From Planctomycetota bacterium (lineage in GTDB: Bacteria > Planctomycetota > UBA1135 > UBA2386): 64,000 nucleotides of DNA. Position 1 is the stretch's first letter. Each line of letters begins with the position of its first letter. Both the position numbers and the translations under genes were made by a program. The DNA lies in NCBI GenBank assembly GCA_046290465.1, contig JBKAGP010000001.1:1728001-1792000 (forward strand). The letters run 5' to 3'. The notes under the pieces are model-generated. The model was not told the DNA's origin. It saw only the letters and a list, made by a program, of their open reading frames with translations, and ran no database searches. Below, one piece after another: positions 29,850-41,091 of this stretch.

Positions 29850-31026
29850 CAGCATCGAACCGCACGTCATGCCGACCTACGCGCGCGGCGACGAGGTGTT
29901 CGTCGACGGCCGCGGCGCGGTCGTGTGCGACGCCGACGGCAACCAGCACCTCGACTTCCTCAGCGGCATCGCGGTGACCGCGCTCGGCCACGCCCACCCG
30001 CGGCTGACGGCGGCGCTGCAGGATCAGGTCGCCAAGATCACCCACCTCAGCAACCTGTTCCGGCATCCGTACACCGAGGACGTCGCCGCGCGGCTGTGCG
30101 GCTACGCCGGCATGCACAAGGCGTTCTTCACCAACTCGGGCGCTGAGTCGATCGAGTGCGCGCTGAAGATCGCGCGCAAGGCGATGCACGTCGCCGGCAC
30201 GCCGGAGCGCACCTCGTTCGTCGCGCTCGAGGGCGCGTTCCACGGCCGCACGCTCGGCGCGCTGTCGCTGACGCACTCCGCCAGGTACCGCGAGCCGTTC
30301 GCGCCGCTGCTCGAGGTGGCCTGGGTGCCCCCGGACGACGTCGACGCGCTGGCGGCGACGCTGCGCGAGCGGCGACCCGCCGCACTGGTGCTCGAGCCGA
30401 TCCAGGGCGAGGGCGGCATCCGCGAGCTGTCGGGCGCGTTCCTGCAGGCGGCGCGCGCGCTTTGCAGCGAGACCGGCACGGTGCTGGTGCACGACGAGAT
30501 CCAGTCCGGCTGCGGCCGCACCGGCACGTTCCTGGCGGCACAGCACCACGACGTCACCCCGGACGTCGTCGCGCTGGCCAAGCCGATCGCGGCCGGCCTG
30601 CCGATGGGCGCGTGCCTCGCGAGCGCGGCGTTCGCCGACACGCTGCAGCCCGGCGAGCACGGCACCACATTCGGCGGCGGCCCGCTGGTCTGCCGCGCCG
30701 CGTCGGTGTTCCTCGACGAGCTCGACGACGGCCTGCTCGACGCGGTCCGGGACCGCGGCGCGCAGCTGCGGCACGGACTCGAACGGATCGCCGCCAGCGC
30801 CCCCGCCGTGCGCGAGGTGCGCGGCCGCGGCCTGATGCTCGGCGTGCAGCTCGACCGCCCCGCCAAGGACGCCCAGCAGCTGCTGCACGGCCGCGGCCTG
30901 CTGGTCAACGTCACCCAGACCGACGTGCTGCGGATCGTGCCGCCGTTCGTCGTCACCGAAGCCCAGATCGACGACGCGTTGCAGTGCCTGCAAGAGGTGC
31001 TGGTGTCGCTGCCCACCCAACCCTGA
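29842..31026 (+). CDS. argD: Acetylornithine aminotransferase
   Basis: LDFLSGIAV, NSGAESIE, FHGRT, EPIQGEGG, DEIQSGCGRTG, LAKP. Confidence 0.95.
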   Translation: MADSIEPHVMPTYARGDEVFVDGRGAVVCDADGNQHLDFLSGIAVTALGHAHPRLTAALQDQVAKITHLSNLFRHPYTEDVAARLCGYAGMHKAFFTNSGAESIECALKIARKAMHVAGTPERTSFVALEGAFHGRTLGALSLTHSARYREPFAPLLEVAWVPPDDVDALAATLRERRPAALVLEPIQGEGGIRELSGAFLQAARALCSETGTVLVHDEIQSGCGRTGTFLAAQHHDVTPDVVALAKPIAAGLPMGACLASAAFADTLQPGEHGTTFGGGPLVCRAASVFLDELDDGLLDAVRDRGAQLRHGLERIAASAPAVREVRGRGLMLGVQLDRPAKDAQQLLHGRGLLVNVTQTDVLRIVPPFVVTEAQIDDALQCLQEVLVSLPTQP

Positions 31027-31034
31027 CCGAAGCC

Positions 31035-31988
31035 ATGACCTCCCACTCCCTGCCGTTGCCCGAGCTGTCGGTGCCCGACGTGCTGTGCACGTCCAACCTG
31101 ACCACCGCGGACCTCGACGCGATCTTCGCCACCGCCAAGGCGCTGAAGAGCAAGCGCGACGAACACGCGCACGTGTCCGTGCTGGCGCACAAGCGCCTGG
31201 CGATGATCTTCGAGAAGGACTCGCTGCGCACGCGCTTCACGTTCGACGTCGGCATGCAGGACCTCGGTGGCAGCGTCGTGTTCATGGACCACCGCGACGC
31301 GCGCCTCGGCTCGCGCGAGTCGGTCAAGGACATGGCGCGCAACCTCGAGCGCTGGGTGCACGGCATCGTCGCCCGCACGTTCAAGCACAAGGTGCTCGAA
31401 GAGCTGGCGGCCAACGCCGACGTGCCGGTGATCAACGGCCTGTCCGACTTCGTGCACCCGTGCCAGGCGCTGGCCGACTTCCTGACGCTCTACGAGAAGT
31501 GGGGCGACGTGCGCGGCAAGACGCTGACCTACGTCGGTGACGGCAACAACACCTGCCACTCGCTGATCTACACCGCCGCCAAGCTCGGCACCAACATCCG
31601 CGCGTGCTCGCCCGAGGGCTACGAGCCGAACGCGCGGGTCGTCAATGAGGCGATGCGCACCGCGCAGGAGACCGGCGCCGAGATCTCGATCGTCAACGAC
31701 CCCGCGGCGGCCGCCGAGGGCGCCGACGCGATCTACACCGACGTCTGGGCCAGCATGGGCCAGGAGGACGAGATCGAAGAACGCAACGGCGTGTTCGCGC
31801 CCTACCAGGTCGACGCCGCGATGATGGCGCGCGCCAAGGACGACGCGCTGTTCCTGCACTGCCTGCCGGCGCACCGCGGCTGGGAGGTCACCCAGGAGGT
31901 CATGGACGGCCCGCAGAGCGTCGTCTACGACATCGCCGAGAACCGCCTGCACGTGCAGAAGGCGCTGATGGCGCTGCTGATCCGCTAG
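31035..31988 (+). CDS. argF: Ornithine carbamoyltransferase
   Basis: SLRTR, HPCQ, GDGNN, WASMG, HCLPAHRG. Confidence 0.95.
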   Translation: MTSHSLPLPELSVPDVLCTSNLTTADLDAIFATAKALKSKRDEHAHVSVLAHKRLAMIFEKDSLRTRFTFDVGMQDLGGSVVFMDHRDARLGSRESVKDMARNLERWVHGIVARTFKHKVLEELAANADVPVINGLSDFVHPCQALADFLTLYEKWGDVRGKTLTYVGDGNNTCHSLIYTAAKLGTNIRACSPEGYEPNARVVNEAMRTAQETGAEISIVNDPAAAAEGADAIYTDVWASMGQEDEIEERNGVFAPYQVDAAMMARAKDDALFLHCLPAHRGWEVTQEVMDGPQSVVYDIAENRLHVQKALMALLIR

Positions 31989-32011
31989 CCCGACGCCACC
32001 CGAACCTCCAC

Positions 32012-33213
<1,202 letters not shown>

Positions 33214-33217
<4 letters not shown>

Positions 33218-34749
33218 GCGGCGACAAGATGTGGGGCGCGCGGTTCTCCGGCGAACTCGACGAGCGCTTCGCCGAGTTCCAGGACAGCCTGCGCCACGAC
33301 CTGACGCTGGCGTTCTCCGACCTCGACACCAACCTCGCCTGGAGCGAGGCGCTGTGCGACGCCGGCGTGATCTCGGACGAGGACCTCGACGCGATCGCCG
33401 ACGCCATCGAGGCGCTCGGCGCGTCGTGGAGCGAGCAGGGCTTCCCCGACAGCGACGCCGAGGACGTGCACAGCTTCGTCGAACAGCAGCTGGTGGCGAA
33501 GCTCGGCGACCTCGGCAAGCGCATCCACACCGGCCGTTCGCGCAACGACCAGGTCGCGACCGACGTGCGCCTGCACCTGCGCGAGTGGGTCGGCGTGCTG
33601 GTCGAGTCGATCGAGGGGCTGTGCATGACGCTGGTCGAGAAGGCCGAGCGGCACAGCGACGACGCGATGCCCGGCTACACCCACCTGCAGCGGGCCCAGC
33701 CGATCACCATCGGCCACCATTGCCTCGCCTACGCCGAAATGTTCGCGCGCGACCGCGACCGGCTGATCGACGCGCTCGAACGGTTCGACAGCTGCCCGCT
33801 CGGCAGCGCTGCGCTGGCCGGCACGGCGTTCCCGATCGACCGCGACGTGCTGGCGATGCAGCTCGAGTTCCAGAACGGGCCGACCCGCAACAGCCTCGAC
33901 GCGACCGCCTCGCGCGACCACCTGTGCGAGGTGGCGTTCGCGTGCGCGATGGCGACCAGCAACCTGTCGCGGCTGTGCGAGGACTACGTGTTCTTCGCGT
34001 CGTTCGAGGCCGGCTACGTCACCTTCGGCGATGCGGTGTCGACCGGCTCCAGCTTGATGCCGCAGAAGCGCAACCCCGACGCGATGGAGCTGATCCGCGG
34101 CAAGGCCGCGCTGGTGCAGGGCGCGCTGCAGTCGATGCTGTCGCTGCTGAAGGGCCAGCCGCTCGGCTACAACCGCGACCTGCAGCACGACAAGGAAGCG
34201 CTGCTGCCGGCACTCGAGGCGACCAACCAGTGCCTGCTGGTCGCCGCCACCGCGGTCGAACACGCAGCCTTCGACGTCGAACGCTGCGCTGCCGAGGCGG
34301 CGCGTGGCTACCTGAACGCGACCGACCTGGCCGACCTGCTGGTGCGCCAGGGCGTGCCGTTCCGCGACGCGCACGGCCTCGCCGGCACCGCGGTCAACCG
34401 CGCGATCGAATTGGGCGTCGAGCTGCACGACCTGCCGCGCGACGAGCAGCAGCGGCTGCTGCCGCAGCTCGACGGCGACCTCGCCGAGAGCCTGTCGGTG
34501 GCGGCGGTACTGGCGCGCCGCGACGTCGTCGGCGGCACGGCGCCGGCGCGCGTGCGGGCCGAGGTCGAGCGTTGGCGCGAGACGATCGCCGAGTGGGCCG
34601 AGGGCTACCACGAGCTGGACGACCTCGACCTCGACGAAGAGGACCTCGACGAAGAGGACCTCGACGAGGAGGACCTCGACGAACAGAACCTGGATGGGGA
34701 GAACCACGACCAAGGCGAGACCGGGGGAGCGGCCGACCGCGATGCCTGA
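33214..34749 (+). CDS. argH: Argininosuccinate lyase with acidic C-terminal extension
   Basis: HTGRSRNDQ, MPGYTHLQ, GSSLMPQKRNPD, YNRDLQ. Confidence 0.97.
34627..34695 (+). repeat. Coding 15-bp tandem repeat (DLDEE)n in the argH tail
   Basis: GACCTCGACGA(A/G)GAG repeated ~4.5 times. Confidence 0.9.
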
Positions 34750-35299
34750 ACCCAACGTCACCGTCCGGCCGGCGCGCGTCGCCGACGTCGAGCCGATCCT
34801 CGCGCTGGTCAACGAACTGGCCGTGCAGCAGGTGATGCTGCCGCGCTCGCCGGCGTCGGTGATCGAGAACGTACGCGACTTCCACATCGCCGAGGTCGAC
34901 GGCGCGTTCGCCGGCTGCGGTGCTTTGGCGATCTGCTGGACGGACATCGCCGAGATCCGCTCGCTGGCGGTGCACCCCGACCACCAGAAGCACGGCATCG
35001 GTCGCCGGCTGGTCGACGCGCTGGTCGACGAGGCGCGCGCGCTCGGCATCCCGCGGCTGTTCGCGTTCACCTACGTGCCGGGCTTCTTCCGCAAGGTCGG
35101 CTTCGCCACCGCCGCCCACGACCAGCTGCCGCACAAGGTCTTCAACGACTGCCTGCACTGCCCCAAATTCCTGGCCTGCGACGAGGTCGCGATGACCCGT
35201 TCGCTCGACGTCGACGAGCCCGCCGGCGACGTGCCGGGCATGCCCAAGCCGGCGTTTCCGCTGCCGCGCCGGACCGCGGCCTACGACGAGGCCGATTGA
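34742..35299 (+). CDS. argA: Short GNAT N-acetyltransferase, probable N-acetylglutamate synthase
   Basis: AEIRSLAV, GIGRRLV, LFAFTY..FF, LPHKVFNDCLHCPK..CDE; overlaps the argH end. Confidence 0.8.
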   Translation: MPEPNVTVRPARVADVEPILALVNELAVQQVMLPRSPASVIENVRDFHIAEVDGAFAGCGALAICWTDIAEIRSLAVHPDHQKHGIGRRLVDALVDEARALGIPRLFAFTYVPGFFRKVGFATAAHDQLPHKVFNDCLHCPKFLACDEVAMTRSLDVDEPAGDVPGMPKPAFPLPRRTAAYDEAD

Positions 35300-35505
35300 C
35301 CGGCCCGGATTCTGCGACCGGCCCCTCATTCTGAGACCGGGATCGGGGGCCGTGGCAAGGGGGGTTGCCGCGTCTGCCCGAGCGGAATCGCTCCGATCCC
35401 CGGGCGGCTCCGCGCAAACGCGCAAACAGCGCCCAAACCCCGTTCCAAGCGGCTTGACCAGCCTGCGCAGGAGGTCACAATTAACTGGCCCTCCTCCGAT
35501 TCGGT

Positions 35506-35522
35506 CGGGCACGGCATTCGCA
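35506..35522 (+). promoter_or_regulatory. sigma54-type -24/-12 promoter upstream of the large lipoprotein gene
   Basis: GGGCACGGCATTCGCA with GG (35508-9) and GC (35520-1) at canonical spacing. Confidence 0.55.
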
Positions 35523-35607
35523 GTTACGAGTAGATCCGGCACGACTACTCCCGCCCGCGAAGGCGCCCGCCACGCCATTCCAGGATAAGGTTTCCCAGGT
35601 CAGTCCC

Positions 35608-38600
35608 ATGAAGCGAACCGTTCCCGCCTCGTCCAATCTCGCCATCCCTCTCGGTCTGTGTCTGCTCGCGCTCGGCGCGTGTAGCGGAGGCGGCGGCGCC
35701 TCGGTCGGTGAGACCGGCGTCGGCGGCGATTTCACGGTCGTGCGCACGTCGCCCGTCAACGGCGCGACGATCTTCCTCAACGACCCGGTCAGCATCGACT
35801 TCACGACGCCGATCGACATCGATTCGGCGACGCTGAACACGATGACGTTCCAGGCGCTGGACCAGCAGGGCAACCCGGTTCCGGAACTGGTCACCGGCAC
35901 GTTCACTCTCGGCAAGGCCAGCGGCGACGTCGAGGTCGGCCGCCGGCTGCAGTTCGTGCCCCGCTTCGCGAGCAACAACGACTACACGAACGGTGGCTTC
36001 AAGGCCGGCCGCACCTACCTGGTGCGCCTGGTCGGCGGCGCGGCCAACAACAACCAGGTGCTGCGCGACCGCAACGGCCGCGCGCTGAGCCAGCCGGTCA
36101 CCTTCCAGTTCTCGACGCGTGACGGCACCCAGCCGGCGCAACTGTTCCGCAACCCGAAGGCGGGCGGCCCGCAGCGCACCGGCCTGAGCGTGACGACCGC
36201 GACCGACCTGAACGACGTCCCGCTGGGTCTGTTCGGCGCGCCGCCGCTGGAGATCCGCCTGGACTTCGACCAGGCGCTCAACCCGAACACCAGCAACGTG
36301 CCGGTTGCGTTCGACGTCAACCCGCTGGTCCGCGACATCAGCGACCGCGGCCGCGTCTACCTCGAGTACGACGACCCGGAATACGGCCTCAACACCTGGA
36401 TCCCGGCCGACGTCGAGATCGAGCGCAACAACCTGGCCGGCGCCACCCTGGTGATGCGTCCGGCCGGCGTGCTGCCGAACAACGCGACCGTCCGGATCAT
36501 CGTCGAGAACACGGTGCAGGACATCTCGGGTGAGAACAACCTGGCCAACCCGGCCTACGACCGCGTGTTCGGCACGTTCTCGACCAGCCAGGCCTACGAG
36601 CAGCAGTGGAACGGCATCGCCGAGGACTTCACCTCGGCGCAGGACATCGACCTCGCGGCCTCGTTCCCCGAGTCGCAGGCCGAGGTCGGTGCCGGCTACG
36701 TGCGCGCCGGCTTCGCCTTCGAAGGCAACCCCACCTCGCTCGAGTACGAGCCGACCGCCAACGAGGTCGTGCTCAACACGTCGTTCACGCAGATCGTGCC
36801 GAAGCAGGGTCTGCCGTTCACGGTCTCGGGCGGCGTCTTCAACTTCAAGAACGTCACCATCCCGCAGGGCGTGACGGTGCGCGGCACCGGCCCCAACCCG
36901 ATGGTCTGGCTGTGCAGCGGCAAGTTCACGGTCTCCGGCACGCTGACGGTGAGCGGCGGTAACGGCGCTCGCGTCGACACGCTGAACTCGGCCAACTTCG
37001 CCAAGGCCGGCGGCGTCGGCTCGTGTGGCGGCGGCAACGGCGGCGAAGGCACGCCGAGCGCGACCCAGCGCGACCTGGCCGGCGGCACCGGCCGCGGCCC
37101 GCTGCAGGAAGCCGGCAAGGGCGGCCGCGGCGGCAACCTCGCGTGCACCTCGGGCTGCTACACCGGCTCGGGCTACAACGGCTCGGGCGGTGGCTCGGGC
37201 GGTGGCGGCGGCACGATGGCCACCCAGGGTGACCTCAACTGGCGCGGCACGATCCCGTCGGGCACGATCCCGAACACGGCCGGCAACACCTCGTTCCAGC
37301 AGGTGTTCGGCTACGGCGGCGCCGGCTGCAGCGGCACGTCGGCGGCCCGTTCGCAGTTCCTCGCCGGCGGTGAGCCGGGCGACCGCGTGTTCACCGACTC
37401 GCGCCAGGACAACAACTTCTGGGGCAGCGCGATCGACATCAACCGCAACCTGCGCATCACCGGCGAGCTGGTGAGCCCGGTCGGCGGTGGCGGTGGCGGC
37501 GGCGGTGGCGACACCTCGCCGGGCCAGAACTGCACGCTCACCGGCGGCAACCCGACCGCGGACTGGTCGGGCGGCGGCGGCGGCGGCGGCGGCGGCGTGC
37601 TGATCGTCAAGGCGCTCGAAGAGATCCGCGTCACCGCGTCCGGCAAGATCCGCGCGGACGGCGGCAACGGCGGCGGCGGCGAGCAGGTCGGCGCCTGTGG
37701 TGAAGGCGGTGGCGGCGGCGGTGGCGCCGGCGGCATGGTCATCCTGATGTCGGCCTCGCGCATCGTCATCGAAGCGCACGGCGACCCGACGGTCGGCGCC
37801 AACGGCCGCTACGTCTACGGCAGCCCGTCGACGACCGCGACGGCCACCCACCCCTACGTCGGCCGCGACTACGACTTCGCGATCTCGGCCGACGGCGGCG
37901 TGTGCACGACCGGTGGCTTCGGCTCGATCAACATCCAGGGCAAGTACCGCCCGAACGGCACCGACATGGTGCCGGGCACGTCCTACGACGGCGAGCCGCT
38001 GGGCGGCCTCGGCGGCATGGGCATCGTGCAGCTGATGGTCCCGCCGGGTGAGAACCTGACCGACGGCACCAACACGCGCCTGGACGACAACATCCAGTTC
38101 CTGACGCCCGGCAGCCTCAACGAGATCGTCGGCGCCGGCAAGCGCCAACTGCTGGCGTGGCGCGGCTTCCCGAACGCGACCAACACGTTCGTCGACGACT
38201 TCGGCAACCCGACCGACGTCGGCAACAACGAGGGCGACATCCGCCCGGCGCCGACGCTGATGCCGGTGCCGTTCAACTCGAAGTCGCGCATCCGCTCGAA
38301 GTGGATCGACACCGGCGCGTCGCAGCGCCGCGCGCTGACCGTCGCCGACAACCAGCCGCGCGGCCTGATCACGGCCAACGGCGCGCAGGTCGGCCCGACG
38401 TTCGAGTTCGCCGGCCTCGACCTCGCCTCGCAGGTCGCCGGTTACGTCGACTACGAGACGCTCGGCTCGTCCGTGCGCATCAAGTACCCGGTCGCCGTGT
38501 CGGCGGCGCCGCTCGCGTCGCTCGAGACCGACGCGACCTACCTCGGCGAGCCCGCCTACAAGATCACGCTCGGCTCGTCGTCGCTCGGCGAAGACGACCG

Positions 38601-39114
38601 CTACGTGCAATACGAGGCGGAGCTGCTGAACAACGCCGGCTCGGTGCTGGCGGGCTACCGGATCCTGAGCCACACGGCCAACGAGATCCTGGTCGAGCCG
38701 ATCGCTGGCTTGGTGCCGACGCAGGCCACCCAGGTGCAGGTGCGCGCCAAGTTCTTCAAGATCGTGACCAACGGCTCGGAAGGCCTCGGCCCGACCTACC
38801 AGGAGAGCGTCAACAACCCGACGCCGATCCCGTTCGCGAACGTGCGCATCGGCTTCGCGTTCCACCAGGATCCGGACCCGAACAACATCCTCGCAGGCCG
38901 CTACCCGGCCACCAGCGAGCAGGACTTCGTGCGGGACCTGAACGACCCGAACCTGCAGGCCTGGATCGCCACCAACGGCGCGCCGCGCTACGTGCAGTGG
39001 GACGTCGTGTTCGACATGGCCTACCACCCGACGAACCCGGCCCTGTCGAGGACGCTGACGCCGTCGACGCCGCGGCCGCAGATCGAGTTCCTGCGCCTGC
39101 CGTTCCGGTTCTAG
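35608..39114 (+). CDS. Large surface lipoprotein: Ig-like (Big_5-type) domains plus glycine-rich region
   Basis: LGAC lipobox; VVRTSPVNGA..IDFTTPID Ig start; poly-Gly tracts (GGGGGGAGGMVIL). Confidence 0.85.
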   Translation: MKRTVPASSNLAIPLGLCLLALGACSGGGGASVGETGVGGDFTVVRTSPVNGATIFLNDPVSIDFTTPIDIDSATLNTMTFQALDQQGNPVPELVTGTFTLGKASGDVEVGRRLQFVPRFASNNDYTNGGFKAGRTYLVRLVGGAANNNQVLRDRNGRALSQPVTFQFSTRDGTQPAQLFRNPKAGGPQRTGLSVTTATDLNDVPLGLFGAPPLEIRLDFDQALNPNTSNVPVAFDVNPLVRDISDRGRVYLEYDDPEYGLNTWIPADVEIERNNLAGATLVMRPAGVLPNNATVRIIVENTVQDISGENNLANPAYDRVFGTFSTSQAYEQQWNGIAEDFTSAQDIDLAASFPESQAEVGAGYVRAGFAFEGNPTSLEYEPTANEVVLNTSFTQIVPKQGLPFTVSGGVFNFKNVTIPQGVTVRGTGPNPMVWLCSGKFTVSGTLTVSGGNGARVDTLNSANFAKAGGVGSCGGGNGGEGTPSATQRDLAGGTGRGPLQEAGKGGRGGNLACTSGCYTGSGYNGSGGGSGGGGGTMATQGDLNWRGTIPSGTIPNTAGNTSFQQVFGYGGAGCSGTSAARSQFLAGGEPGDRVFTDSRQDNNFWGSAIDINRNLRITGELVSPVGGGGGGGGGDTSPGQNCTLTGGNPTADWSGGGGGGGGGVLIVKALEEIRVTASGKIRADGGNGGGGEQVGACGEGGGGGGGAGGMVILMSASRIVIEAHGDPTVGANGRYVYGSPSTTATATHPYVGRDYDFAISADGGVCTTGGFGSINIQGKYRPNGTDMVPGTSYDGEPLGGLGGMGIVQLMVPPGENLTDGTNTRLDDNIQFLTPGSLNEIVGAGKRQLLAWRGFPNATNTFVDDFGNPTDVGNNEGDIRPAPTLMPVPFNSKSRIRSKWIDTGASQRRALTVADNQPRGLITANGAQVGPTFEFAGLDLASQVAGYVDYETLGSSVRIKYPVAVSAAPLASLETDATYLGEPAYKITLGSSSLGEDDRYVQYEAELLNNAGSVLAGYRILSHTANEILVEPIAGLVPTQATQVQVRAKFFKIVTNGSEGLGPTYQESVNNPTPIPFANVRIGFAFHQDPDPNNILAGRYPATSEQDFVRDLNDPNLQAWIATNGAPRYVQWDVVFDMAYHPTNPALSRTLTPSTPRPQIEFLRLPFRF

Positions 39115-39177
39115 ACCGGGCCGGATCGGGTCCGGCTTCGCGGGGGCACGCTCCCCCGCCGGCCAACGAGGACGACG

Positions 39178-39211
39178 GCAAAGAGCCCGGCCCTGGTGCC
39201 GGGCTCTTTGC
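39178..39211. terminator. Intrinsic terminator-like hairpin
   Basis: Perfect 14-bp stem GCAAAGAGCCCGGC / GCCGGGCTCTTTGC, 6-nt loop. Confidence 0.8.
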
Positions 39212-39258
39212 GTTGCTGCCGCTTGCCCGCGGACGGCCGCGCCGCCACCCTGCACGCC

Positions 39259-40419
39259 ATGCAAGGTCGCCTCACCACCCCGCCTGCCCACGTCGCCCTG
39301 CCGCCGGGCTTCACCGCTGCCGGCATCCACTGCGGCCTGAAGAAGAACCAGGCGCTCGACCTCGCGATCCTGCACGCCGACCGCCCGACACCGACGCACG
39401 CGCTGTTCACCAACAACGCGCTTCTCGGCGCCCACATCCCGGTCTGCCGCGACCACCTCGCCCGCTCCGACCACCAGATCCGCGCGATCGTGGTCAATGC
39501 GCGCAACGCCAACTGCGCCACCGGCCAGCAGGGCATCGACGACGCCTATGCCGTCTGCGCCGAACTGGCCGAGCGCCTGGGCTGTCCGACCGAACAGGTC
39601 CTGATGGCCAGCACCGGCCCGATCGGCGCCCCGCTGCCGCGGCAGCGCATCGTCGACCACCTCGACGCGCTGCTCGACGCTCGCAGCGCGGACGGCGGCA
39701 TGGCGTTCGCGCAGGCGATCATGACGACCGATACACACGCCAAGGCGGCCACCGTCGACAGCGGCACCCGCTCCACCGGCTTTGCCAAGGGCAGCGGCAT
39801 GATCCACCCCGACATGGCGACGATGCTCGGCTTCCTGCTGACCGACGGCAGCTGTGACGCAGCCACGCTGCGCCGCGTCGCGGACCGGACGTTCCATCGG
39901 GTGACGGTCGACGGCGACACTTCGCCGAACGACTCGCTGTTCGTGATGGCGACCGGGGCCAACGGCGACGCCGGGCCCGAACTGCGCCAGGTGTCGGCCG
40001 ACCTGGCGATGCAGGTCGCCGGCGACGGCGAGGGCGCGAGCCGACTGATCACCGTCGAGGTCCGCGGCGCCCCCGACGAGGACGCGGCCGCCCACGTCGG
40101 CCGCGTCATCGCGACCAGCCCGTTGGTCAAGACCGCGGTCGCCGGCCGGGACCCCAACTGGGGCCGCATCGTCGCGGCTGCAGGTCGCGCCGGCGTGCCG
40201 TTCGCTCCCGAACGTGCGAGGGTCTGGGTCGGCAGCGTCGAGGTGTTCTCTCTCGGCGTGCCGCGCCCCGAGCGGGAGGTGGACGGCAGCCGCCACCTGC
40301 AGCAGGACGAACGGGTGGTGCTGGGCATCGACCTGGGCGCCGGCGACGGCGAGGCCGATGTCTGGACGTGCGATCTGACCGCGGACTACGTGAGCATCAA
40401 CGCGGACTACCGGACGTAG
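39259..40419 (+). CDS. argJ: Glutamate N-acetyltransferase / ornithine acetyltransferase
   Basis: NANCATG, STG, IMTTDT, KGSGMIHPDMATML, DGDTSPND, DGEGA, DPNWGRI, INADYRT. Confidence 0.96.
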   Translation: MQGRLTTPPAHVALPPGFTAAGIHCGLKKNQALDLAILHADRPTPTHALFTNNALLGAHIPVCRDHLARSDHQIRAIVVNARNANCATGQQGIDDAYAVCAELAERLGCPTEQVLMASTGPIGAPLPRQRIVDHLDALLDARSADGGMAFAQAIMTTDTHAKAATVDSGTRSTGFAKGSGMIHPDMATMLGFLLTDGSCDAATLRRVADRTFHRVTVDGDTSPNDSLFVMATGANGDAGPELRQVSADLAMQVAGDGEGASRLITVEVRGAPDEDAAAHVGRVIATSPLVKTAVAGRDPNWGRIVAAAGRAGVPFAPERARVWVGSVEVFSLGVPRPEREVDGSRHLQQDERVVLGIDLGAGDGEADVWTCDLTADYVSINADYRT

Positions 40420-40453
40420 CGCGGGTTCGGGTTGCGGCTCGGCGCCGGGCGAT

Positions 40454-40490
40454 CTGGCAGTCGGCTGCCTGGCGGTCGGCTGCCTGGCGG
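40454..40490. repeat. 15-bp tandem repeat (CTGGCRGTCGGCTGC) x2.5 between convergent genes
   Basis: Copies at 40454 and 40469, partial at 40484. Confidence 0.8.
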
Positions 40491-40536
40491 CGGTGAAAGT
40501 TGGAGGATGAACCGCGTACCGTACGGCAAGTCTGGG

Positions 40537-41091
40537 CTACGGGTGGTCGTCGAGCCAGGGGCGGTAGCTCTTGGGCGGTTCGACGCCGCGCTCGTTCCAC
40601 CACTCGCGGTGGTCGCTGGCGCCTTCCTGGAGCCCCGCCACGTAGCCGATGCGCGCATCCGGCACACTGTCGCAGTAGGGCAGGTAGGGCTTCAGGTCCA
40701 GCACCGGCGTACCGTCCAGCAGGTCGCAGTCCGACAGCTGCAGCACGCGCTTCTCGATCCGCTCGAGCTTCACGCACGACAGCCCGATCGGGTTCGGCCG
40801 CTGGGGCGCGCGGGTGGCGAACACGCCGCGCTTCTGGTCGTCGCGCGGCGGGCGGACCTGCAGCGGGTTGCCGCGGGCGTGGTGGCACCAGAACAGCACC
40901 CAGAGATGGCTGAAGCCGTCGAGGTCCTGCAGGCCGTTCTGCATGCCCTGGAACACTTCGATCTCGACCGCCGCCCCGCGGCCGAGGCCGCTCTGGCGCG
41001 GCGCCTCGTGGTGCAGGCGCTGCGGGCTGCGCACGACGCCGATGGCACGGAGGCCCGGCGTGACGAACGGCTCGCCGTCCGCGCCGGTCAC
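40537..41091 (-). CDS. tsaA: tRNA (N6-threonylcarbamoyladenosine37-N6)-methyltransferase TrmO
   Basis: APRQ, DGFSHLWV, GVFATRAPQRPNPIGLS, LLDGTPVLDLKPY; GTG overlaps the LysM gene stop. Confidence 0.92.
   Translation of the reverse strand: MTGADGEPFVTPGLRAIGVVRSPQRLHHEAPRQSGLGRGAAVEIEVFQGMQNGLQDLDGFSHLWVLFWCHHARGNPLQVRPPRDDQKRGVFATRAPQRPNPIGLSCVKLERIEKRVLQLSDCDLLDGTPVLDLKPYLPYCDSVPDARIGYVAGLQEGASDHREWWNERGVEPPKSYRPWLDDHP

Noticed and set aside
31035..31988. N-acetyl/succinyl-ornithine carbamoyltransferase because of SLRT instead of STRT
   Set aside because: SMG loop and HCLPAHRG are canonical OTC features, and argJ is present to supply ornithine.
37470..37740. (GGC)n microsatellite as a phase-variation switch
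   Set aside because: In-frame poly-Gly coding with mixed GGC/GGT codons; length changes would not shift the frame.
35545..40296. Very long alternative-frame ORFs (e.g. 1583 aa here, 3910-6912, 11914-15177, 47852-51262)
   Set aside because: Antisense shadows of real genes caused by stop-codon scarcity at high GC; no recognisable motifs.
34742..40419. Co-occurrence of argA-like GNAT and argJ as a novelty
   Set aside because: A common arrangement: anaplerotic synthase plus acetyl-recycling enzyme.
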